A model generated the notes under the pieces. It ran no database searches. It saw nothing but the letters and a program-made list of their open reading frames with translations, and was not told the origin of the DNA. Both the position numbers and the translations under genes were made by a program. Shown in pieces: positions 7,993 through 16,342 of a stretch of 64,000 bases of DNA (positions are counted from its first letter, which is position 1; the number at the start of each line of letters is the position of its first letter). The DNA is from an uncultured virus (IMG/VR IMGVR_UViG_3300032562_000006) (lineage: Duplodnaviria > Heunggongvirae > Uroviricota > Caudoviricetes), in the IMG/VR virus record IMGVR_UViG_3300032562_000006; one strand, given 5' to 3'.

Positions 7993-8597
7993 GTGACGAC
8001 ACGCTGCGGGCGTATGATGAGCACGCCGAGGAATGGGCAGCATACCGGACTGATGATGACTACTGGGCTGCGGATCGTGAGTGGCTGATCCAGCAGATTG
8101 AATCAGGGGCCAGGATTGTTGAATTCGGGGCTGGCGCCGGGAATGAAGGAGTTCATTTTATCCAGGCCGGGCTCGATTACACCGGGATAGACGGATCGGT
8201 CGGGATGCTAGCGATAGCTGAGCGGCGTATTCCGCCCGAGCAACTCCGGCTCGCTGACCTACGAGAGGTCGAGCTGGCTGATGGCGAACAGACGTTCGAC
8301 GGGTTCTGGTGCGCGGCGGTGTTGCTGCACATCCCTCGAACTGAAATTGACGGAGTGCTGCGCAGGATGCGGGGCATGCTGGCGGAGGGAGCGCCGGGAT
8401 TCATCGCGGTGAAAGGCGGCACGGGGGAGGCGTGGGACGACCGGCTGGCAGCTCCGCGATTTTTCTGCTACTGGCAGTTGGACGAATTCGCTGACGTGCT
8501 CGCAGAGGGCGGTTTCCGGGTTGAATCAATGCGCGTCAAGGAAGACGGTCGCAACGAGAAACCCCGCTGGAACTGCTACCGGGTGAGGTGCGCGTGA
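7989..8597 (+). CDS. class I SAM-dependent methyltransferase
   Basis: IVEFGAGAG, GIDGSVGML, FDGFWCAAVLLHIP. Confidence 0.88.
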   Translation: MSDDTLRAYDEHAEEWAAYRTDDDYWAADREWLIQQIESGARIVEFGAGAGNEGVHFIQAGLDYTGIDGSVGMLAIAERRIPPEQLRLADLREVELADGEQTFDGFWCAAVLLHIPRTEIDGVLRRMRGMLAEGAPGFIAVKGGTGEAWDDRLAAPRFFCYWQLDEFADVLAEGGFRVESMRVKEDGRNEKPRWNCYRVRCA

Positions 8598-9460
8598 GCG
8601 GGGGCTGGACCTACGGGGCCGAGCTGGAATGGCCTGACGTCGACGTGCTGGCTGAGCTGCCTGAGGGATGGATGTGGTCGCGGACTGACTACACGGTGGT
8701 GGGGTCGGACGCGGTGGCGAACGATCCGCTGCGAAAGACCTGGTTCCGGTCCGGGGAGCTGAACACGCCGGTGTGCGATTCACCCGAAGAACTCGCCGAG
8801 CGAGTCGCCGAGGTGCGAGCCGTGCTGAAACCGGGGCACAACTACCGCTCCAATCTGCACGTCCACGTGGGGGGAGGGCCGGAGTTCGAGGACCTGGACG
8901 CGATGAAGGCCGTCGCGGACTACAGTCATCGGCTGCTGCCCGGGGCGCTCAAGATGATGGACCCGCTCAACGGATTGTTCGAGGGGCTGACCGACCCGGA
9001 GGAGATCGCCGGGGCGAGAAAGCGAGCGGCGCACTCGGAGCGGTCGCGGCACTACTTCGTTTCGGATCACTGTCACGCGCGGCGAATGGAAGCCGAGAGC
9101 ATCGACGAGATGCTGCGCCTGGAAGTGCCCGCCTCCAAGAAAAGCGGTACCCCGTGCTGGGCGCTCAAACCACGTGAGGCCGTCAACCTGCGGAGCCTGC
9201 GCAAGCACGGGACTATCGAGTTCAGGTGCTTCGCGGGTGACTCGGATGCGCAGGGGGTGTGGGCGGCGGCGGGCTTCGCCCGGGACTGGACGGAGGCGGC
9301 GCTGAACGGGTCAGATGCGTTTGAGCTGCCGTACTTTTATGCTCTGCCGGTGCAGGCTCCGTTTGAACTGCGGCTGGAACGCGGGTGGGAGTGGACGAAC
9401 TTCGCGAAGAACAAGCGCGGGGTGGTCGAGGAGCGGCTGCGCGAGATGGGGAAGCTGTGA
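8588..9460 (+). CDS. putative amidoligase (COOH-NH2 ligase, glutamine synthetase/GCS-like)
   Basis: YGAELEW, GELNTP, LHVHVG, GTIEFRCF motifs. Confidence 0.75.
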   Translation: MRVSGGWTYGAELEWPDVDVLAELPEGWMWSRTDYTVVGSDAVANDPLRKTWFRSGELNTPVCDSPEELAERVAEVRAVLKPGHNYRSNLHVHVGGGPEFEDLDAMKAVADYSHRLLPGALKMMDPLNGLFEGLTDPEEIAGARKRAAHSERSRHYFVSDHCHARRMEAESIDEMLRLEVPASKKSGTPCWALKPREAVNLRSLRKHGTIEFRCFAGDSDAQGVWAAAGFARDWTEAALNGSDAFELPYFYALPVQAPFELRLERGWEWTNFAKNKRGVVEERLREMGKL

Positions 9461-9882
9461 CTCGCGTGGTGGTGGTCTGTACCGGGAACGTGGTGCGGAG
9501 TCCGGCGCTTGCGTGTCTGCTCGGAGCGCGACGCCCTGATCTAGCTGTGGAATCGGCCGGAGTCGGAGGGAACGCGGTCGGAGGGCTGGGAATGCGGCGG
9601 CGGATGAGTGAGTTCCTGCTTGAAGCAGGATACGGGGAGTATGCGGCTGCGCATCGCTCCAGGCGCTGGGAGCAGGTGGCTGAGCCTGACGGGATCGATC
9701 TGGTGATCGGGGTGGCGCCCGTGCACATGCGGCGGCTCGCGGAAATCGCTCCCGGAATGCGGTCGATGATGACGCAGGAGCGAATTACTGATCCGGTGTT
9801 TGGCAATCAGGCAGACTATCTGCTAGCCTGGGAGCAGATCATGGACGCGGCACGCTGGCTCGCAGAAGTGATTCCCTCATAA
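9457..9882 (+). CDS. low-molecular-weight protein tyrosine phosphatase/arsenate reductase fold protein
   Basis: VVCTGNVVRSP (CX5R) and ITDP motif. Confidence 0.8.
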   Translation: MTRVVVVCTGNVVRSPALACLLGARRPDLAVESAGVGGNAVGGLGMRRRMSEFLLEAGYGEYAAAHRSRRWEQVAEPDGIDLVIGVAPVHMRRLAEIAPGMRSMMTQERITDPVFGNQADYLLAWEQIMDAARWLAEVIPS

Positions 9883-9892
9883 GGAGCTGCGA

Positions 9893-10723
9893 ATGAGCAA
9901 GCTGATTGTCGTCGGAGCCGGGATATCCGGGTCTTCCTTTGCGCGGCTAGCGCGGGACAGTGGTCATGATGTGACGGTGGTAGGGCTGGAAGGGAAACCG
10001 GACTCGCTTGCCGCGACGGCGATTCTGCGGCGGGGATACCATGCCGGAATGGCTGAGGAGCTAGCCGCGTGGGATTATGCCGTGGAGCGGTATGCGGAAT
10101 GGGGCGTCAAGATGACGCACGGGGCGGGGGTGGCGAGTTACCGGCGGCCTCTCGGGGGTGAACGGGAGGATGCAGACTGGCTGCTGCTAGATCCGGCTGC
10201 GCCGCTTGTCAGGCGAGATGTGACGCGTGAAGTGATAAGCGTGCACGGGACGCGAGCGTGGTACGGGCGCGGGGACGGGATCGAGGGGGATGCTGTGGTG
10301 GTATGCGCGGGAGCTAGGGGAGTGCTAGCGCCGTCGGGGGATGCTACCTGGGGCGTTACCTGGATAGGGGCGGCCGACGCGCTGCGGGCACCTGACGCTG
10401 TGAAGGTGTACCAGTACGCACCGTACCGGACGATTGTCGCGGGAGTGGCAGGCGGCCGGGCTCGCGTCGGATCTTCTAGTTCGGTTACTGAAGAGGGGGC
10501 TATCGCGCAGGGGGAGAAAATGCTCGGGGTGGCGTGGGACCTCGGCTGGCTCACGACGCGCGAGGGCTGGGAGATGCGGACGGGAATGCGCATCAAGACT
10601 GCGGGTGGATGGCGACGTGAGGGTGACGGCCACTGGGAAATCGGCGGATTCCACCGGACCGGATACGCGCTAGCCCCGATGGCCGCGCGGAACGTGCTCG
10701 ACGACATCGAGAAGTCACTGTGA
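9893..10723 (+). CDS. FAD-dependent oxidoreductase (DAO/glycine oxidase-like)
   Basis: VVGAGISG dinucleotide fold; VVVCAGA; GGFHRTGYALAP C-terminal motif. Confidence 0.82.
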   Translation: MSKLIVVGAGISGSSFARLARDSGHDVTVVGLEGKPDSLAATAILRRGYHAGMAEELAAWDYAVERYAEWGVKMTHGAGVASYRRPLGGEREDADWLLLDPAAPLVRRDVTREVISVHGTRAWYGRGDGIEGDAVVVCAGARGVLAPSGDATWGVTWIGAADALRAPDAVKVYQYAPYRTIVAGVAGGRARVGSSSSVTEEGAIAQGEKMLGVAWDLGWLTTREGWEMRTGMRIKTAGGWRREGDGHWEIGGFHRTGYALAPMAARNVLDDIEKSL

Positions 10724-10729
10724 TCTGGT

Positions 10730-10758
10730 TTGACATGCGCGGGCTGGTCGTGTAGTCT
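10730..10758 (+). promoter_or_regulatory. internal SigA promoter, leaderless start at 10765
   Basis: TTGACA 10730-35, 17 nt, TAGTCT 10753-58, 6 nt, GTG. Confidence 0.75.
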
Positions 10759-10764
10759 CGTGGT

Positions 10765-11346
10765 GTGGATCTAGTTTACCTAGCAGGAGCCCCCGCGACG
10801 GGGAAGAGCACGCTGATGGCGGAGCTGACACGCGGTGCCGTGCGAGAGAGTCGGCTTGACTACAAGCTGGTGCCCTACGACGAGCTGCTGGTTGACGGTG
10901 AGATTGTCGGCGCGGAGATTGGCAGGAAACGGGCCAACTTCCCGGGAACCGACACACTCGCCATGAACGCGCTGCCTCGGGTATCAGAGTGGCTTGAGGC
11001 GAAGCTGCTAGACGTGGTATGTGCCGAGGGAGACCGGCTCACGCACATTCGCTTCCTGGATGCGGCGGCGGCGGCCGGGTACCAGGTGAATCTGTTCCTG
11101 CTGTCAGCCCGGATGACGGTGCTGGATGAGCGGTGTGCGGCACGCGGATCGGAGCAGAGTCGCGCCTGGCGGCTGAGTCGCGGGACGATGTGCTCGCGCG
11201 TCGGGGCGATGGCAGAAGAAAAGGGATATCGGGTATTCCACCTGGATGCCGAATTGGAAACCGGGGAACTCGCTGAGTTCGTGCGCGAGAAGGTACCCGT
11301 CATGCGTCAGCTGCGGGAGCGGGCGGACGGTGCGGCATGGCGGTAG
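10765..11346 (+). CDS. P-loop nucleotide kinase of the type linked to base-modification clusters (candidate 5hmU kinase)
   Basis: GAPATGKST Walker A; GTDTLAM; AEGDRL; ERCAARGS lid. Confidence 0.75.
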   Translation: MDLVYLAGAPATGKSTLMAELTRGAVRESRLDYKLVPYDELLVDGEIVGAEIGRKRANFPGTDTLAMNALPRVSEWLEAKLLDVVCAEGDRLTHIRFLDAAAAAGYQVNLFLLSARMTVLDERCAARGSEQSRAWRLSRGTMCSRVGAMAEEKGYRVFHLDAELETGELAEFVREKVPVMRQLRERADGAAWR

Positions 11347-12590
11347 TGCGAACCCCGTCAGTCCGAATCGGATTCCGGGTGGCGGACAGCGTGCTGGAAC
11401 GGGATGTGGTGTCGCGGACTCTGGATGAGCGTGACTATAATCTCCTTCTGAATCGAGAAGGCGGTCCGGTGATGGTCTACATGCCGGACGGGCGACCTCT
11501 GGCATGCTACCTGCCCGGGGTGCTGAATGACGTCATGGACGAAGTGGATGCGTATCGGGTACTGCATCCGCTGCACTCCAGCATGACAAACAATCGAGGG
11601 ATGGCGTCCGGATCCCGGAGGATTGAGCGCGGGGGCGGCGGCGGGACGCGCAGCGACGCGATGAACGTATCATCGGTCATCCTCGGCGCGTTTGAGCCTA
11701 GCGGCGTGTACCGGTACTGCCGGATGACGGAATGGACAGGGCGGAATCTGCCGGAGTGGGAGGCGCTAGCTCCGCTGTTCCGGGTGATAGGACGTCACTT
11801 TGAGGAACGAGTGACCGAGCGGTACAACGTGCAGATGGAACTGGCGCGCAAGACCGACACCTCGTGGGTGGTACCTGGCACGCCGTTCACGTCTATCACG
11901 GTGAATAACAGTTATCCGACCGGAGTACACAAGGACGACGGGGATCTGGAAGACGGCTTCAGTACCATCGCGTGCATTCGGCGCGGGGAATACGAAGGCG
12001 GGGTGCTGGTGTTCCCCCAGTATCGCGTCGGGGTGAATTTGATGGACGGGGATCTGCTGCTGATGGACGCCCATCAGTGGCACGGAAATACCCGGATGAC
12101 ATGCGCCTGCGGCGAGCGGATCGTGAACAAGTTCTGCAGCTACTGCGGAGCGGAGCGGATCAGTATTGTCTCTTACTTCCGGACGCGGATGGCAAACTGC
12201 GGCAGTCCGGAAGAAGAACTTGAGCGGGCGGTAGCCAACACGGAAAAGCGCTCCCAGCCGCGTCCGGTCAGCAAGACAGAATCAGCGCCTGAACCTGAGC
12301 CAGCTGCGGAGACGGAAGTCGTCCAGCTGGACGAGCCTGCGGCTGCTGTCATACTGCCCGATGCGGAGCGGCTCCCGGAGCCTGAGGTTGAGGATGCGCC
12401 TGCAGTCAAGCCGAAGCGCACCCGGAAACCCAAGGGGGCTTCAATTGCAACTGTGCCTCCGGCGGTAGAGGCGGAGCCTGAGCCGGTGAGCGCTCCGGTG
12501 AAGAAGGTACGCACTCCACGCAGGAAGCCTGCAGCGGCAGTGCCGAAGCCCGCTGTTGATCCCGTGACTGGTGAGCCCCTGGAAGGGTGA
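11337..12590 (+). CDS. TET/JBP-family 2OG-Fe(II) dioxygenase with Pro/Ala/Lys-rich C-terminal tail
   Basis: TPFTSITVN, HKDDGD (HxD), HQWHGNT, ERISIVSYFR. Confidence 0.88.
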   Translation: MAVVRTPSVRIGFRVADSVLERDVVSRTLDERDYNLLLNREGGPVMVYMPDGRPLACYLPGVLNDVMDEVDAYRVLHPLHSSMTNNRGMASGSRRIERGGGGGTRSDAMNVSSVILGAFEPSGVYRYCRMTEWTGRNLPEWEALAPLFRVIGRHFEERVTERYNVQMELARKTDTSWVVPGTPFTSITVNNSYPTGVHKDDGDLEDGFSTIACIRRGEYEGGVLVFPQYRVGVNLMDGDLLLMDAHQWHGNTRMTCACGERIVNKFCSYCGAERISIVSYFRTRMANCGSPEEELERAVANTEKRSQPRPVSKTESAPEPEPAAETEVVQLDEPAAAVILPDAERLPEPEVEDAPAVKPKRTRKPKGASIATVPPAVEAEPEPVSAPVKKVRTPRRKPAAAVPKPAVDPVTGEPLEG

Positions 12591-13147
12591 TGAGGATGGC
12601 ACGTCGACTTGAGACTGCGGACCGTGATGCGCAGATGTACATTCTCCATAAGGAGAACGTTCCGCACGAGGCTATCGCCAAACGGTTCGATGTGTCTACT
12701 GCGACAGTCGGGAAAGGTATCCAGCGAGCCATCCATGACACGTTCCGGTTCAGCGCCGATGAGGATCGCATGGTCCTGGCGGATCAAATCGACGCGCTCA
12801 TGTTCAAGCTTCGGCGACTCCTCGCGGAGCCGCAGTACATGGTCAGCGTCAGCGGCAAGGTGGTCATCAACCCGGTTACCGGGGAGCCGTTGGTCGATCG
12901 CTCGCACGAGGTACGAGTCATGGAATCCCTGCGCAAGTTCATGGACATGCGCGCCAAGCTGCTCGGGCTTAACATGCCGGTCCGGCATCGGGTTGAGATC
13001 ACTGACAAGATGGATGACGAGATCGAGCGGCTGGCGTCGGAACTCATGCTGCACGGAGCGGGCAGCGGGATTCCGGCGGAACTGCCAGCCGGAGAAATCG
13101 TGAACGGTGAGGTTGAGCATGGCAGTGCTGACGCCGGAACCAGATGA
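12587..13147 (+). CDS. terS: terminase small subunit
   Basis: N-terminal HTH (HEAIAKRFDVSTATV), RAKLLGLNMP motif, directly before terL. Confidence 0.75.
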   Translation: MMRMARRLETADRDAQMYILHKENVPHEAIAKRFDVSTATVGKGIQRAIHDTFRFSADEDRMVLADQIDALMFKLRRLLAEPQYMVSVSGKVVINPVTGEPLVDRSHEVRVMESLRKFMDMRAKLLGLNMPVRHRVEITDKMDDEIERLASELMLHGAGSGIPAELPAGEIVNGEVEHGSADAGTR

Positions 13148-15914
13148 GCCTGAAGGGGACGAAAAGGAGACCGAGCTTCCCTCCGACTGGCGGGATCTGA
13201 GTCCCGAGGCGAAGAAGGTGCTGCTCCACAAGCTGCGCGGGCGGCATGTTTCGCTGGGACTGGGGGGGCCTCGGGGGTGGCGGTCGCTAGCGAGGCCGAA
13301 GCAGCTGCCGCCGAATGACCCGATGCACCATCTGCCAGATGAGAACGGGTTTGCTTGCGGATGCGATGGTCCAGATGAGAACTGGAACATCTGGATGTTC
13401 ATGGCCGGACGAGGGTGCGTCGCAGGTGAGACTAGGATATACCTGCCTTTGGAGAACCGGCACGAGCGAATTGACGTACTTGCTCGCGCCGGGGAGCCGA
13501 TCGTCGTCTCCTCGCTGACAGAGGGGGGAGCCCGTCCGGTGCTGACCGATGGGGCTCCATTCGTGCGCGGCGTAGATCAGCTGTACCGGGTGACGATGGA
13601 CGATGGGAGAGCTATCACTGCCACCGATCGTCACCGATTCCTGACTCCGCAAGGATGGCGGCTACTCGCTGACGTGCGCGTCGGACAGCCTCTAGCCGGA
13701 GGCGCTCCCGTTCCTCCGGGGGCAGATTTCTCTTACCGATCAACGTATCGCGGAGATGCGCGGCATTGGAAGAATACAGCCGCAAGTTCTCAACTCGATT
13801 ATCCGACGTATCCCCGTTACGGTGGTCCACTACCTCATCCGGAAGCAGATAGCGGCCGAGGAAATGCTCCATCATCAGACGGTGCTGACGCACGTAGCCT
13901 GATGATGTCGCATGCGGATGATCGGGTATCCTCACCAGGATGTAACCATCTTCGTCGACAGAGTAGCCACCACGCCAGAAGTAGTTACGCTCCGGGTGAG
14001 CTTTCGCTTCCAGCCGTGGCAACTCTAGCTCTATCAGACGCTGACGCACTGTCTCCTCATTACAGCCCAGCATCTCAGCCATCTCGCGGCATGTCAGCTG
14101 ATGCGATTGGAAATAGCGCAGGCGCTCTTCATCCAGGTAGAACCGGCGCGATTCCGACATCAACTTACGGGTGGCGGGGGTTTTCTGACGACCGCGCAGC
14201 TGAACTCCGGCCTTCTGGAGAGCACGACCTACTGTCTGATAGGATACTCCGGCAGTCTTGGCTAGATCCTTCAAGTTCTCCCCGGCTTGGTAGCGCTCTA
14301 TCAGACTGGGAAGCAGCTCAGGAGGAATCCGGGAAAAACCTAGCGGCGGCATACACCCATACTACAGTATGGACGCGGGTCCTGGCTATAACCCCCGCAG
14401 GGACCGGGCTGTTCTACGATATGACAGTGCCGGGATCGGAGAACTATGCCGCCGAGGGAATGTGGAACCACAACTGCGGGAAGACCTGGGCCGGAGCTAA
14501 CTGGATCATCGAGCAAGCGCTGAAAGACCCTGGCTCGGTTTGGGCTGTTGTCGCACCTACATTCCGCGACGTTAGAGTCACCTGCTTCGAGGGTCCTTCC
14601 GGAATTCGGAAACAGCTCGAACCCGGTGAAGAGGCCCAATGGCGGAGGAATGAACTTCGTCTGGACTTGGTAAACGGCTCGATTATCTACGGATACTCAG
14701 CTGACCAACCAGAACGACTTCGCGGTTCTAACCTTTCCGGGGCTTGGTGCGACGAGACCGGGAGCTGGCAATATGAGGAGACCTGGTATGAGGGTCTTGT
14801 TCCTGCGCTGAGAATTGGCAAGCACCCGCGTGTCATGGTCACGTCTACCCCGCGACCCACGCATCTGATCCGGGACCTGTTCAACCGACGTGACGGCACT
14901 ATGCACGCCACAAGCGCCAGCACATGGGAGAATGCAAAGAATCTCTCCGCTGCCGCGCTTGATGAACTCCGGCGTCGTTACGAAGGAACACGTCTCGGTC
15001 GTCAGGAGCTTGAAGGCGTCCTGCTGGACGACCTTGAGGGGGCTTTGTGGAAGCGTTCCGATATCGACGCGGCCCGAGTGAAGCTAGCGGATGTGCCGGA
15101 TCTGGTACGGGTGGTTGTCGGTATTGACCCGGCAGTCACGTCCGGGGAGGAATCGGACGAGACCGGTATCATCGTCGCTGGTGATGACGGACACGGACAC
15201 GGCTACGTTCTCGGTGACTATTCCATGAAGGGAACGCCTGACCAGTGCATGCGCGAAGCCGTGCGAGCTTACAAGCGCCATGGCGCGGACTGCATCGTTG
15301 CGGAAGTCAACAACGGCGGTGACTTCATCGGCACCGTGCTCCGGAACGTGGACCCGGAAGTGCCGTACCGAACGGTGAGAGCGTCGCGAGGCAAGGCTAT
15401 CCGGGCAGAGCCAGTGTCAGCGCTTGCAGAGCAGCGACGGCTGCATCATGTGGGGTCATTCCCTGAACTGGAAGACCAGATGTGCAGCCTGGTCCCGGGC
15501 ATTTCCGCAGGACCTGATGACCGGGTGGACGCCTGCGTCTGGGCTGTGTTCGAGCTGCGCGGGCTGAGTCAGGCGTCGTGGCTCAGTGCCTACGGCGTCG
15601 CTCGCTGCGCGGGATGCGACCATGCGTATAGCGTCGGGCTCAAGGAATGCCCGCGCTGCCGGGCTGCCAATCCGCTGGAAGCCGAGCGGACGGTTGTCGC
15701 TGGCGAGGTGGTCGTGGATGATGGTGATGTACCTCAGCCCGGTGGATGGGCTTATGTGTACGGCATCAAGAGATGCCCAAAGGGACACGCCTACTCCGAC
15801 CGGAACGGGAATGCGGGAACCTGCCCGCGCTGCCGAGGCGGAGGGCTGGATTTCCTGCGGAGTACGGGGCGCGGGTTGACACCCGGCGGCGGGACTGGTA
15901 TGATTCAGTCGTGA
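13119..15914 (+). CDS. terL: terminase large subunit, intein-containing
   Basis: Walker A GRG|CGKT after splicing; PERLRG, WCDE Walker B, TSTP; nuclease GIDPA...DDRVDA. Confidence 0.95.
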   Translation: MAVLTPEPDEPEGDEKETELPSDWRDLSPEAKKVLLHKLRGRHVSLGLGGPRGWRSLARPKQLPPNDPMHHLPDENGFACGCDGPDENWNIWMFMAGRGCVAGETRIYLPLENRHERIDVLARAGEPIVVSSLTEGGARPVLTDGAPFVRGVDQLYRVTMDDGRAITATDRHRFLTPQGWRLLADVRVGQPLAGGAPVPPGADFSYRSTYRGDARHWKNTAASSQLDYPTYPRYGGPLPHPEADSGRGNAPSSDGADARSLMMSHADDRVSSPGCNHLRRQSSHHARSSYAPGELSLPAVATLALSDADALSPHYSPASQPSRGMSADAIGNSAGALHPGRTGAIPTSTYGWRGFSDDRAAELRPSGEHDLLSDRILRQSWLDPSSSPRLGSALSDWEAAQEESGKNLAAAYTHTTVWTRVLAITPAGTGLFYDMTVPGSENYAAEGMWNHNCGKTWAGANWIIEQALKDPGSVWAVVAPTFRDVRVTCFEGPSGIRKQLEPGEEAQWRRNELRLDLVNGSIIYGYSADQPERLRGSNLSGAWCDETGSWQYEETWYEGLVPALRIGKHPRVMVTSTPRPTHLIRDLFNRRDGTMHATSASTWENAKNLSAAALDELRRRYEGTRLGRQELEGVLLDDLEGALWKRSDIDAARVKLADVPDLVRVVVGIDPAVTSGEESDETGIIVAGDDGHGHGYVLGDYSMKGTPDQCMREAVRAYKRHGADCIVAEVNNGGDFIGTVLRNVDPEVPYRTVRASRGKAIRAEPVSALAEQRRLHHVGSFPELEDQMCSLVPGISAGPDDRVDACVWAVFELRGLSQASWLSAYGVARCAGCDHAYSVGLKECPRCRAANPLEAERTVVAGEVVVDDGDVPQPGGWAYVYGIKRCPKGHAYSDRNGNAGTCPRCRGGGLDFLRSTGRGLTPGGGTGMIQS
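13416..14474 (+). mobile_element. 353-aa intein in the TerL Walker A motif
   Basis: starts CVAGETRI; block B ATDRHRF; block F FYDMTV; ends NHN followed by Cys+1. Confidence 0.92.
13615..14352 (-). CDS. HNH homing endonuclease with two N-terminal HTHs, encoded antisense within the intein
   Basis: WRGG...DGYI...HP...GYVRQHRLMMEHFLGRYL...EVVDHRNGDTSDNRVENL; HTHs LKDLAKTAGVSYQTV and CREMAEMLGCNEETV; TAGTAT -10 six nt before ATG. Confidence 0.9.
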   Translation of the reverse strand: MPPLGFSRIPPELLPSLIERYQAGENLKDLAKTAGVSYQTVGRALQKAGVQLRGRQKTPATRKLMSESRRFYLDEERLRYFQSHQLTCREMAEMLGCNEETVRQRLIELELPRLEAKAHPERNYFWRGGYSVDEDGYILVRIPDHPHATSSGYVRQHRLMMEHFLGRYLLPDEVVDHRNGDTSDNRVENLRLYSSNAAHLRDTLIGKRNLPPEERERLRLEAVRRARQRVAAILAESGIGDDRWQ

Positions 15915-16165
15915 GTTCACTATCTGAAGAAGAGCGAGCGCAGGCCCGTCAGCTATTTGAAACTGGCGGGGAAGACAGCCGAGTCTGCTCTTTCTGCGGC
16001 GGCGTCCACACTCGGGCATGTCCCCGTGTAGCATCCTTTGAGCTGCATGAAAGCGGCAAGCTGAAGTCTGTTCAGTTCTTTGCTGAAGGCAGCTGGGATG
16101 ACTCGTTCATCATCTGGCCCGAAATGGCATTTGAAGATGACGACGATAAGGAGAGGCAGGGGTGA
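15911..16165 (+). CDS. hypothetical protein with CxxC-H-C zinc motif
   Basis: GTG overlapping the terL stop; CSFCGGVHTRAC. Confidence 0.65.
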   Translation: MSSLSEEERAQARQLFETGGEDSRVCSFCGGVHTRACPRVASFELHESGKLKSVQFFAEGSWDDSFIIWPEMAFEDDDDKERQG

Positions 16166-16171
16166 GTGCTG

Positions 16172-16336
16172 ATGAGTGAGGATCCGTTCCCGCCGCTGGC
16201 GGTGGGGGCGACCGCGCTGCACGAGAACATGATCTCGTTTATTGCGGCGGGGTTTACCCGTGGTGAAGCGCTGCAGATTGTGCTGACGCTACTGACGGAA
16301 ACGATTAGGGCAAACGGCGGCGCTGGAGGAGGTTAG
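16172..16336 (+). CDS. 54-aa hypothetical protein (not in ORF track)
   Basis: MSEDPF...LHENMISFIAAGFTRGEALQIV, resembles a small actinophage family. Confidence 0.6.
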   Translation: MSEDPFPPLAVGATALHENMISFIAAGFTRGEALQIVLTLLTETIRANGGAGGG

Positions 16337-16342
16337 GATAAG

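Noticed and set aside
12173..13402. 409-aa minus-strand ORF over TET/terS/terL
   Set aside because: Low-complexity antisense reading with no recognisable domain.
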